DNA of 32,000 nt from Candidatus Saccharimonadota bacterium. Lineage in GTDB: Bacteria > Patescibacteriota > Gracilibacteria > UBA1369 > 2-02-FULL-48-14. The stretch covers positions 90,001 to 122,000 of the forward strand of contig JBAZVE010000001.1 of the NCBI GenBank assembly GCA_041661045.1. Reading direction: 5' to 3'. The notes below the pieces were generated by a model. The model had not been told where the DNA came from and did no database searches. It was given only the letters and a program-made list of their open reading frames with translations. Both the position numbers and the translations under genes were made by a program. This document shows positions 15,154 through 22,641 of this stretch, piece by piece; position 1 is the first letter of the stretch, and each line of letters opens with the position of its first letter.

Positions 15154-17339
15154 AAGTCGTATCCGTCGCTTGGAGCGGCGGGTGCGGCGGGGCCTTCCGG
15201 CTTGCGAGCGGGTGCCGGAGCGGGGGCATCTTGGTAGAACTCTTTCATCGAAAGGTTGTAACGACCTTGTTCGTCGATCTTGAGGAGTTTTACGCGGACT
15301 TTGTCGCCCACTTTCACCACATCTTCCACCTTGTTCACACGGAAAGGACGGAGTGCGGAAATGTGCACCAATCCATCTTTACCAGGAACGAATTCTACAA
15401 AGGCTCCGAAGTCCATGATTTTCACCACGGTTCCCTCGAATTCTTCACCCGGAGTGGGTTCGTATACAATTGATTTCACCCAGTTGGCCGCCTTGGTTCC
15501 CGCTTCCTGATTTGGAGCGGTGATGATGACGAGACCGGTTTGTTCGATGTCCATTTCCACGCCACATTCGGCGGTGATCTTTTGAATGGTTTCTCCACCC
15601 TTACCAATCACATCACGAATGTAATCCGGATTGATTTGGATCTTCATGATGATGGGTGCGTATTTGCTGAGTTCACCACGAGGAGCGGGCAATACGGTCT
15701 GCATTTCGGCGAGCATTTGATTACAAGCGGTGGCGGCTTTTGACAGCGCCTCTCCCATCATTTGCAGAGTAATTCCCTTCACTTTGATGTCCATTTGCAG
15801 AGCGGTGATTCCGTCCGCGGTGCGGGCCACCTTAAAGTCCATGTCTCCGGCAAAGTCTTCAAAAGACTGAATGTCGGTGAGGATTTTGTAAGCTCCGGTT
15901 CCGGACTGTTTGAATTCATCGCTGCACACAAGACCCATGGCCACGGCGGAAACCGGCTTTTTGAGCGGTACTCCGGCGTCCATGAGTGAAAGGGTTGATC
16001 CACAGACGGAAGCCATGGAGCTGGATCCGTTACAAGTCATGATTTCGGACACCACAAGAATGGTGTATGGAAAATCTTCTTTGGCGGGAAGTACGGGAAG
16101 CAAGGCTCGTTCTGCGAGTGCTCCGTGTCCAATTTCACGACGGGAAGCGCCGCGAAGTCCTTTGATTTCTCCTACGGAATACGGTGGGAATACATAATAG
16201 TGAATGTATCGTTTTTCGGTGTCCACTTCCATGGAGTCGATGATTTGCGCATCGCCGGGCGCACCGAGTGTGGTGAGCGTGAGCGCTTGCGTTTCTCCTC
16301 GTTGGAAGAGAGCGGATCCGTGCGTTCGAGGCATGAGTCCCACTTCGATGCTGATCTTTCGAACTTCATCGAGGCGGCGACCGTCGAGCCGTTGGTCTCG
16401 CTCTAAAATATTGTTTCGCATGGAGTTGTCCATGACTTTTTCAAGTCCGGCCAGGAGAGCTCCTTTGGTGTAGGTTTCCGCTTCGATTTCTGCGGCAAAA
16501 TGCGCGAGCACTTTATCTTGAAGTGCGTGGATCGCGTCTTTGATTTCTTTCTTGGATCCTCCTTTGTAGATCGCGAGGTCGTCTGCGGTGAGCACGCCTG
16601 CAACCAGATTGATGATCTCGTCGGAGGCTTTGGCCACCGTGTACGAGCGGAGCGTAGGATTGATTTTTTGTACGAGTTGCATTTGGAAAGCACAGATTTC
16701 CTTGATGGTCTTGTGCGCGAGTTCCAGCGCTTGCAACATTTGTTCGTCCGTGAGCTCATTGGCTCCGGCTTCCACCATGGTGATGGCTTCCATTGTTCCG
16801 GCCACAAGCAAATCGAGCTGAGCCCCTTCCATTTCTTCAAAGGTGGGGAACACAATGAATTGATTGTTCTTCATTCCAATGCGCACTCCGGCCAAAGGCC
16901 CGGCAAAAGGCAAACCGGCCACGAGCATGGCGGCGGACATCCCTGTTATTGCGAGCACTCCGGTCTCATTCACGAGGTCAGCGGAAAGAATAGTAGCAAT
17001 CGCCTGAGTCTCGTTGGTGATTCCTTTTGGGAAGAGGGGGCGAATGGGACGATCGATGATACGAGCCTTTAAAATGGCTTCATCGCTGCTGCGGCCATCT
17101 CGTTTCATGAAGCGAGATCCTTTGATCTTTCCGGAGGCGTAGTAGCGTTCTTGGTATTCGATAGTAAGAGGGAAGAAATCCGCGTCGGGTTTTCCTTCTT
17201 CGGCCATCATGGCGGTGCAGAGCACGATGCTCTCCCCCATTTGAATGGTAACGGCCCCGTTCGCTTGCAAAGCAAGTCGCCCGGTTTCGAGCTTAATCTT
17301 GCGACCGGCAAGTTCGGTTTCAACAGTTTGTATAGACAT
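15150..17339 (-). CDS. pnp: polyribonucleotide nucleotidyltransferase (PNPase)
   Basis: 729 aa with two RNase PH-like halves, a KH region (IRDVIGKGGETIQKI) and an S1 domain (EGTVVKIMDFGAFVEFVPGKDGLVHIS). Confidence 0.95.
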   Translation of the reverse strand: MSIQTVETELAGRKIKLETGRLALQANGAVTIQMGESIVLCTAMMAEEGKPDADFFPLTIEYQERYYASGKIKGSRFMKRDGRSSDEAILKARIIDRPIRPLFPKGITNETQAIATILSADLVNETGVLAITGMSAAMLVAGLPFAGPLAGVRIGMKNNQFIVFPTFEEMEGAQLDLLVAGTMEAITMVEAGANELTDEQMLQALELAHKTIKEICAFQMQLVQKINPTLRSYTVAKASDEIINLVAGVLTADDLAIYKGGSKKEIKDAIHALQDKVLAHFAAEIEAETYTKGALLAGLEKVMDNSMRNNILERDQRLDGRRLDEVRKISIEVGLMPRTHGSALFQRGETQALTLTTLGAPGDAQIIDSMEVDTEKRYIHYYVFPPYSVGEIKGLRGASRREIGHGALAERALLPVLPAKEDFPYTILVVSEIMTCNGSSSMASVCGSTLSLMDAGVPLKKPVSAVAMGLVCSDEFKQSGTGAYKILTDIQSFEDFAGDMDFKVARTADGITALQMDIKVKGITLQMMGEALSKAATACNQMLAEMQTVLPAPRGELSKYAPIIMKIQINPDYIRDVIGKGGETIQKITAECGVEMDIEQTGLVIITAPNQEAGTKAANWVKSIVYEPTPGEEFEGTVVKIMDFGAFVEFVPGKDGLVHISALRPFRVNKVEDVVKVGDKVRVKLLKIDEQGRYNLSMKEFYQDAPAPAPARKPEGPAAPAAPSDGYDF

Positions 17340-17366
17340 AATTCTGAGCAGTTAGGGTAATAATAT

Positions 17367-17526
17367 TGATGCCGCTTACGCGGCGTTATTGCCTAGCAAA
17401 CCCTTTCGGGTTCGCTTGCTCAGAGGGAGGTTTCAAGACATCTCTTTGATCGACCTATGCAATGATGTGGCTTGCGCCACTTTTTTGCTTAGCAGACCCA
17501 TGGGGTCCGCCTAGTAGAGAGTTCTT
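17367..17526 (-). ncRNA. tandemly duplicated structured element in the pnp 5' leader (candidate cis-regulatory RNA)
   Basis: Two units 96 nt apart start at 17367 and 17463 (plus-strand coordinates). Each has two hairpins. On the minus strand, unit A reads GCCGC-GUAA-GCGGC and GCGAACCC-GAAA-GGGUUUGC. Unit B reads GUGGC-GCAA-GCCAC and GCGGACCC-CAU-GGGUCUGC. Confidence 0.5.
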
Positions 17527-17547
17527 GTGATCTCACCCTGAGCGGGC

Positions 17548-17572
17548 AAGAAAGAAGGGGCGTAGAGCCCCC
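17548..17572 (-). terminator. candidate intrinsic terminator after rpsO
   Basis: The minus strand reads GGGGC-TCTAC-GCCCC followed by TTCTTTCTT, starting 6 nt after the rpsO stop. Confidence 0.45.
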
Positions 17573-17577
17573 TCAGT

Positions 17578-17841
17578 TTACTTACGAAGTTGTAGTTGGT
17601 CCAGGACTTTCTCGTACTCGTCTTTGCTCTTCGTCTTTAGGTACTGGAGGTGACGGCGGCGCTTGCCCACCATCTTGAGCAGTCCTTGGCGAGAGTGCAA
17701 ATCATTTTTGTGACTCTTTAAGTGCTCGGTGAGCTGGTTGATGCGAGTGGTGAGAACCGCGGCTTGTACTTGCGCACTACCGGTATCCTTGTCGTGCTGG
17801 GCAAATTTTTTGATGATTTTCTTCTTGTCGTCTCGTTTCAT
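17578..17841 (-). CDS. rpsO: 30S ribosomal protein S15
   Basis: DTGSAQVQAAVLTTRINQLTEHLKSHKNDLHSRQGLLKMVGKRRRHLQYL is the canonical S15 sequence pattern. Confidence 0.95.
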   Translation of the reverse strand: MKRDDKKKIIKKFAQHDKDTGSAQVQAAVLTTRINQLTEHLKSHKNDLHSRQGLLKMVGKRRRHLQYLKTKSKDEYEKVLDQLQLRK

Positions 17842-17878
17842 AAATGGGATTAAAGATGATTGTACTTGAGCACGGGGT

Positions 17879-17907
17879 ATTTTATAAGAAAGGCCCTAAA
17901 AATGCAA
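17879..17907 (-). promoter_or_regulatory. candidate sigma70 promoter for rpsO-pnp
   Basis: Minus strand: TTGCAT (17907-17902), 17 nt, TAAAAT (17884-17879), ending 38 nt upstream of the rpsO ATG. Confidence 0.5.
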
Positions 17908-17926
17908 GGTTTTCCTTTAGATCAGG

Positions 17927-18874
17927 CTAAATCCAGCGTTTGAATCTAAAGAAAACAAGCATCACAAAGAGAATAAATAGCATTCCTCCGGCCAAAACAA
18001 AGAAAATGAGCGGGTGCTGGGCATAGGGCAGATGGACATTCATCCCATACATTCCCGCCAAAAGGTTGAGCGGCAGCATCACTACGGAAAAAACCGTCAG
18101 TGTTTTGATCACATTGTTGGTGGTATGGGAAATGAGGGATTCATTGGTGTCTTGTAAGGATTCCACCAACTCTTTCAAATTCTCCAAATTGCTCCAAATC
18201 TTTTCCACTTTATCCAGCACATCGTCAAAATAAACCTCCAAACTGTCGGGGAGGAATTTCTTATTCTTGTGCTCAATCTGTGCCACCACGGTGCGGAGCG
18301 GTGCCATCACACGACGGAATCCAATGATGTTCTTCTTGGTGTTCAAAATCTCCTTGAGCATATCCTTCTGTCCTCCCAAAAAGGCCTCCTGTTCCAGGGA
18401 GTTCACATTGGACTCGATGTTGTCGAGCAAGGGGAAGAGTCCGGCAAAAAGGTGATCCACAATTTCATACATCAAATACCCACTGGAATGTCCCATCACT
18501 TTTTTTCGTTCGGTGAGGCTTTTTTCGGTCAATGCGTAAAAATCGTTGAGTGGCTTGAGCCCTCCCCAATGCACGGTGATCAGCAAGTTTGCTTTTATAA
18601 AAATATCCACTTCTTCGCTCACTATCCTCTGTTTGCGTTTATCAAAATAAGGAATGTGCAAAATAATGAAAAGATAGTCTTCGTATTCGTCCACTTTGGA
18701 GCGTTGATTCTCGGAAAGACAGTCTTCAATATCCAGTTCGTGGAAGCCGTGCTTCTCCTTTAAAGCAAGCAAAGATTCGGCATCCGGATCCTCCACCACG
18801 GTCCATGTGAGTTTTTCAAAACTGATGGATTGTTGCATGTTTTCAATATAAGCACTTAAGATCTCTTGGCGCAA
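17927..18874 (-). CDS. corA: CorA-family magnesium/cobalt transporter
   Basis: YGMNV (GMN motif) lies between two C-terminal TM helices, with a CorA-like soluble N-domain. The ORF-track start is TTG at 18874, and the first ATG is at 18838. Confidence 0.85.
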   Translation of the reverse strand: MRQEILSAYIENMQQSISFEKLTWTVVEDPDAESLLALKEKHGFHELDIEDCLSENQRSKVDEYEDYLFIILHIPYFDKRKQRIVSEEVDIFIKANLLITVHWGGLKPLNDFYALTEKSLTERKKVMGHSSGYLMYEIVDHLFAGLFPLLDNIESNVNSLEQEAFLGGQKDMLKEILNTKKNIIGFRRVMAPLRTVVAQIEHKNKKFLPDSLEVYFDDVLDKVEKIWSNLENLKELVESLQDTNESLISHTTNNVIKTLTVFSVVMLPLNLLAGMYGMNVHLPYAQHPLIFFVLAGGMLFILFVMLVFFRFKRWI

Positions 18875-18900
18875 ACTCAGTTTGGTTGCATAATGCCCGC

Positions 18901-19854
18901 ATGAAATATCGCGCCATTATTCGGGAAGCGTGGGTTCTGACGCAAGAGAATAAGAAACTCATTTGGTGGTTTGCTTTTGTCCCGGCCCTGCTGAGTTTTT
19001 TGGTGAGCATGGTGTATTTGACCTATCAAGCCTACGCTCTGTGGAGCTCCCCCTATATTCGTCCCAATGCCGAGGAGAGCCATCTGCTCATGAACATCAT
19101 CAAAAAGATCGTTCTGCTTCTTCAGGAGAACCCCAGCCTTGGTGTCTTTGTGGTGCTTTTGGTCGCTATTGTGGGGCTGGCCTATTTGATGCTTCCCGTT
19201 TTTACTCAGGGAGCACTCATCCAATTGGTGGCTCGCCTACGAGCGGGGGAACCGGTTTCCATCACACGGGGCATCAGTTACGGTTTTGGACGATTTTTGC
19301 AGCTTTTTGAATACCATCTTTTTATTAAAACTTTCAGCTTTTTTGGGATTTTTACAGAGGCTGCTTTCGCTTTTCGTGTGTTTGGCCTCGAACCCTTTAA
19401 GGTCTTTGGTTGGATCTTCCTTCTCATTTTAATTGTCGGGCTCTTTTTCTCTCTCCTTTTCACTTACTCGGAGTACTATATTGTGATCGATGGCGAAGGC
19501 GTTTTTAGTAGCATCATCAAAAGCAGTGGTTTGGTGGTGCGACAATGGCATCACACGCTGTTTATGTTTTTGTTGATGGCGGTGATCCTTCTGCGTGTCA
19601 TTCTCAATCTTTTGGTGGCGCTCTTGGTGCCCGCCCTTGTGCTGGCTCCCGTATTCTTATTCACCAGCCTCGCTCTGGCCAAAATAGGTATTTTTGTGGG
19701 GGCCATTGTGGGGGCCGTGGTGCTGTACTTTGCGTCTTACTTTTTGGGCGTTTTCCATGTCTTCACCAGTTCCGTGTGGACTTTCACTTTTTTGGATCTC
19801 ACCAAAGAAGAGTCCACTGCAGTGAACTTGCATGAGGCGGCTGCGCGAGATTAG
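18901..19854 (+). CDS. multi-pass integral membrane protein, unknown function
   Basis: About six long hydrophobic segments. The start is set at the first ATG (18901, MKYRAIIREAW), whereas the ORF track uses TTG at 18886. Confidence 0.65.
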   Translation: MKYRAIIREAWVLTQENKKLIWWFAFVPALLSFLVSMVYLTYQAYALWSSPYIRPNAEESHLLMNIIKKIVLLLQENPSLGVFVVLLVAIVGLAYLMLPVFTQGALIQLVARLRAGEPVSITRGISYGFGRFLQLFEYHLFIKTFSFFGIFTEAAFAFRVFGLEPFKVFGWIFLLILIVGLFFSLLFTYSEYYIVIDGEGVFSSIIKSSGLVVRQWHHTLFMFLLMAVILLRVILNLLVALLVPALVLAPVFLFTSLALAKIGIFVGAIVGAVVLYFASYFLGVFHVFTSSVWTFTFLDLTKEESTAVNLHEAAARD

Positions 19855-19858
19855 GGGT

Positions 19859-20431
19859 TTAAAGGGCTCCCGTTAGGATGAGGAAGATTCCGTAAAACAG
19901 TGTAAAAAGACCCAGTCGTTTCAGCATGCCGGGAATGTTTGCCTTGTAATCCAGATTTTTTTTACTGGCTTTCCGTGCGAACTGAAAGACCGTGATGTCT
20001 TGTACATAGGAAAACAGAAGTGCTCCAATCACAAAGACGGCGGCCAATTGAGAGCTGTAGATTTCCATAACCATCGTGGGGAGAGTCGTGGGCTGGAGGC
20101 CGCTCAACAATGGACTCAGGAAAAGGATGAGCGCGGTGTGGAAAATCTGGTCCACAAAAAACGGAATGGTGCTTTTTCGTTTATTGTAACGGCGGTCGAA
20201 GCTGATTTTGAGACAGTCTTGGGTGAAGTGCACCGCAAAAATAATCCCAATCACGATCCATGTCATTCGATGTTGCAAGATGGGGAGCAGTGCGACCGTG
20301 CTGCACAAGGCAATGATGCCGGCGTGCTGAAGCGTACCCGTCCAGCTTTTATATTTCTTGTGGATCAGGTCGTTGGACTGGAAGACGAAGTCCCCGAGCA
20401 GATGTGCGATGATGAGGTGCAAAAAAATCAT
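19859..20431 (-). CDS. DUF3307-like membrane protein
   Basis: The N-terminal HLIIAHLLGDFVFQS motif is typical of DUF3307, and the protein is polytopic. Its start overlaps the stop of the upstream cNMP-binding gene by 4 nt (ATGA). Confidence 0.55.
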   Translation of the reverse strand: MIFLHLIIAHLLGDFVFQSNDLIHKKYKSWTGTLQHAGIIALCSTVALLPILQHRMTWIVIGIIFAVHFTQDCLKISFDRRYNKRKSTIPFFVDQIFHTALILFLSPLLSGLQPTTLPTMVMEIYSSQLAAVFVIGALLFSYVQDITVFQFARKASKKNLDYKANIPGMLKRLGLFTLFYGIFLILTGAL

Positions 20432-20832
20432 AGGGTGAGGTCCGGTTTACGAGCCCTGTAGGCTTCTTCTACTTTGCGAGCAATATCCGGGCTGCTTTTG
20501 AGCAGGGCGGAAAAGTCTTCTTTATTGAGGATAAAGATTTCACATTCGGAAAGCGTTTCGGCGTCGGCGTTTCTGGGTTTATTTTCTATGAGGGCTGTTT
20601 CTCCAAAAAAATCGCCGGCTTTAAGCGTGGCCAGCTCCCCTTTTTGGTTATGGATGCGCACGGTGCCGGACTTGATGATATACGCCGCCGTCCCAAGCAG
20701 GCCTTGTTTAAAGAGCACAAAATGTGCCGGAAAGTACTGCATGGTGATGTGCTGAATAATGGTTTTGTGCTCTTCCTCCGTGAGGCTTTGAAAGAGTGGC
20801 ACGGTCTTGAGGATTTGAAGAATGAGATTCAT
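20428..20832 (-). CDS. stand-alone cyclic-nucleotide-binding domain protein
   Basis: GDFFGETALIENKPRNADAETLSECEIFIL is the phosphate-binding-cassette region of CAP/PKA-type cNMP-binding domains. At 134 aa there is no output domain. Confidence 0.78.
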   Translation of the reverse strand: MNLILQILKTVPLFQSLTEEEHKTIIQHITMQYFPAHFVLFKQGLLGTAAYIIKSGTVRIHNQKGELATLKAGDFFGETALIENKPRNADAETLSECEIFILNKEDFSALLKSSPDIARKVEEAYRARKPDLTL

Positions 20833-20864
20833 GAGGGTGCGTTTTCGCGCGATTCAATCCTGTA

Positions 20865-20893
20865 ATTATAGAGGATTTTTGGTTTTTTTACAA
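20865..20893 (-). promoter_or_regulatory. candidate sigma70 promoter for the cNMP-binding/DUF3307 operon
   Basis: Minus strand: TTGTAA (20893-20888), 17 nt, TATAAT (20870-20865), ending 33 nt upstream of the ATG at 20832. Confidence 0.5.
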
Positions 20894-21062
20894 GGGGCGG
20901 TATTTGGGCAGCCTGGAGGACCAAAAGGTGGATGGCGATTGGAGGTGGTGGCGGCAAAGGTGATTATACCCTCACCATGTGTTTTGTCATGGGAAAATGA
21001 GGGCTTGAACCTGTTAATGCGGGGATTTTGTGGTAAGATTTAGATTCCTTAATCCCCTCGCT

Positions 21063-21890
21063 ATGACCGACAAAGAACTGTATAAAAAAGCTCGCTTCTA
21101 CGGAAAGAATACCCTCCTTTGGCGAAGGAAGTTTATGGGCCTCCTGCCGGAAGTGCAAAAGAGGCGGCTCTATGAAAAGCGCGGCTTCGGGTCTATTTTT
21201 GAGTTTTCTTTTAAGTTGGCGGGTCTGAGTGAAGAGCAAGTGAGGAGAGTTTTACAGCTAGAGAGGAAGTTTGAAGCGGTGCCTGTGCTGAAGGGACTAT
21301 TGGAGAGTGGAGAAGTGAGCGTGAACAAACTGGCCCGTGTAGCCTCCATTGCCACGGTGGCGAACCAGGAAGACCTGGCGGAGGCGGTGAAGTTTTTACC
21401 AAAAAGCGCAGTGGAAACTTTGGTGAGGGATGAGCAATTTCAAAAATCAAATGGCTCAACTAAGCCATTATTTGAAGTAAAATCTGTGCCCGGGCACTTG
21501 AACTTGGATGAAAAAGTCACGGCTCGCCTACTAGAGCTGCAGGGGAAGGGCATAGACCTTAATGCAATGATGATGGAGCTGCTGGACAGAAGAGAGCAGG
21601 AGATTGCAGAAGAAAAGGCAGCCATTGCGAAAGAACTTCCGGTGGAGCAGTCGCGGCCCATACCTGCCCGCACGCGTAAGGTTCTACAGAGGGAACACGG
21701 CAGTAAATGCTCCATCGCCAGTTGCAGGAAGCCGGCGGAACAGCTGCACCACACGCAAACCTTCGCCCTGAGCCATCGCCACGATCCGCATTACCTGGCG
21801 CCGCTCTGCAAAGAACATCACCTGCTGGCGCACAGCATGAACCTGCGGGTGCATGAAGAAAGGGCGAGGGCCGTCCGCCACCTGCATTGA
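21063..21890 (+). CDS. HNH endonuclease domain protein
   Basis: The C-terminal CSIASCRKPAEQLHHTQTFALSHRHDPHYLAPLCKEHHLLAH is an HNH core. The start is set at ATG 21063 because an extended -10 box (TGgTAAGAT, 21031-21039) sits inside the ORF-track extension. Confidence 0.72.
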   Translation: MTDKELYKKARFYGKNTLLWRRKFMGLLPEVQKRRLYEKRGFGSIFEFSFKLAGLSEEQVRRVLQLERKFEAVPVLKGLLESGEVSVNKLARVASIATVANQEDLAEAVKFLPKSAVETLVRDEQFQKSNGSTKPLFEVKSVPGHLNLDEKVTARLLELQGKGIDLNAMMMELLDRREQEIAEEKAAIAKELPVEQSRPIPARTRKVLQREHGSKCSIASCRKPAEQLHHTQTFALSHRHDPHYLAPLCKEHHLLAHSMNLRVHEERARAVRHLH

Positions 21891-21940
21891 CTTAACATGG
21901 AAATATTACTACTCTAAGTTCAAATTAACCCCATACATTT

Positions 21941-22141
21941 ATGCCAAGTGAAGAATGGCGAGCTCATGGTATTTGCAGGGTCCAGCCGCCAAGAGATCTT
22001 GGAAGCAACAGGCCAGAGTTTTGGGATCTTGATTCGGAGTCTACAGAAGTTCCCCCTGATGGTTCATGGATTCCTGACCTTTATTTGCCTACAGATGAAG
22101 ATGAGGCACGCTTAAGGGCTTGGATAGAGGAAAATACCTGA
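21941..22141 (+). CDS. possible small acidic hypothetical protein, 66 aa
   Basis: The only ORF in an otherwise non-coding ~450-nt stretch downstream of the HNH gene. No motif recognised. Confidence 0.3.
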   Translation: MPSEEWRAHGICRVQPPRDLGSNRPEFWDLDSESTEVPPDGSWIPDLYLPTDEDEARLRAWIEENT

Positions 22142-22340
22142 GACCCCCAAAAGGTGCTCTTATTCAGGGAATTTGTGGAGCAGAGTTTTTAAATGCGCTT
22201 CAAAGAAGGCTTTTCCATGGGACTTGGTAACTTGGACGAAGTGCTGGCTTAAGTTTCAACAAACTTTTTAAAGTTCTTTGTCACAACTTCGTCATAGGAT
22301 AAACAGCAGCGTATCCACTAAGCCCTTATACTCTAGCGCC

Positions 22341-22369
22341 TTGACGCACTTCTAAAGTTATGTTATAAT
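22341..22369 (+). promoter_or_regulatory. strong candidate sigma70 promoter
   Basis: TTGACG (22341-22346), 17 nt, TGtTATAAT (22361-22369), ending 22 nt upstream of the ATG at 22391. Confidence 0.55.
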
Positions 22370-22390
22370 GTCCTGTTAACCCAAAACAAA

Positions 22391-22588
22391 ATGGATGCCT
22401 TCGCCACTCTGTCCCAACGGTCTAAAATCCTGATCGTGACCGTCTCGCTCTTCCTGGTCACTATCTCGCTGGGGCTGCTTGTTTTTGGCACCAATATCCT
22501 CTCGCATGAGAATTCCCTTCTGGAACAGGCTAAAAACAGCACTCGAGCGGATATGCTTTACATTCATCCCACGGAGGGTGGACATTAG
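22391..22588 (+). CDS. possible small single-pass membrane protein, 65 aa
   Basis: ORF directly behind a near-consensus promoter. It has one hydrophobic helix (ILIVTVSLFLVTISLGLLVFG). Confidence 0.4.
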   Translation: MDAFATLSQRSKILIVTVSLFLVTISLGLLVFGTNILSHENSLLEQAKNSTRADMLYIHPTEGGH

Positions 22589-22590
22589 GA

Positions 22591-22619
22591 TTGCCCCCTT
22601 GCTGAAACGGCGTTAGAAT
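22591..22619 (+). promoter_or_regulatory. candidate promoter for leuS
   Basis: TTGCCC (22591-22596), 17 nt, TAGAAT (22614-22619), ending 23 nt upstream of the leuS ATG. Confidence 0.35.
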
Positions 22620-22641
22620 TTGCGCACCTTTACAGAATGGT

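Noticed and set aside
20894-21000. G-rich tract (GGTGGATGGCGATTGGAGGTGGTGGCGGC) as a possible G-quadruplex or repeat element
   Set aside because: The G runs are only 2 nt long and irregularly spaced, and there is no repeat unit or second copy.
21643-22184. Extra TGGAGCAG 8-mers at 21643 and 22177 as possible further tRNA-Gly att copies
   Set aside because: There is no similarity beyond the 8-mer on either side. About one chance occurrence of an 8-mer is expected in 64 kb of two-strand sequence.
22560-22641. T-box-like GGAGGGTGGAC sequence upstream of leuS
   Set aside because: Only a partial match to the T-box core (AGGGTGGNACCGCG). The bulge UGGA would pair with a U discriminator, not the A expected for tRNA-Leu. 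I could not find a Stem I specifier structure, an AGAGA or GNUGNGA motif, or a downstream terminator. A covariance-model scan (Rfam T-box) would settle it.
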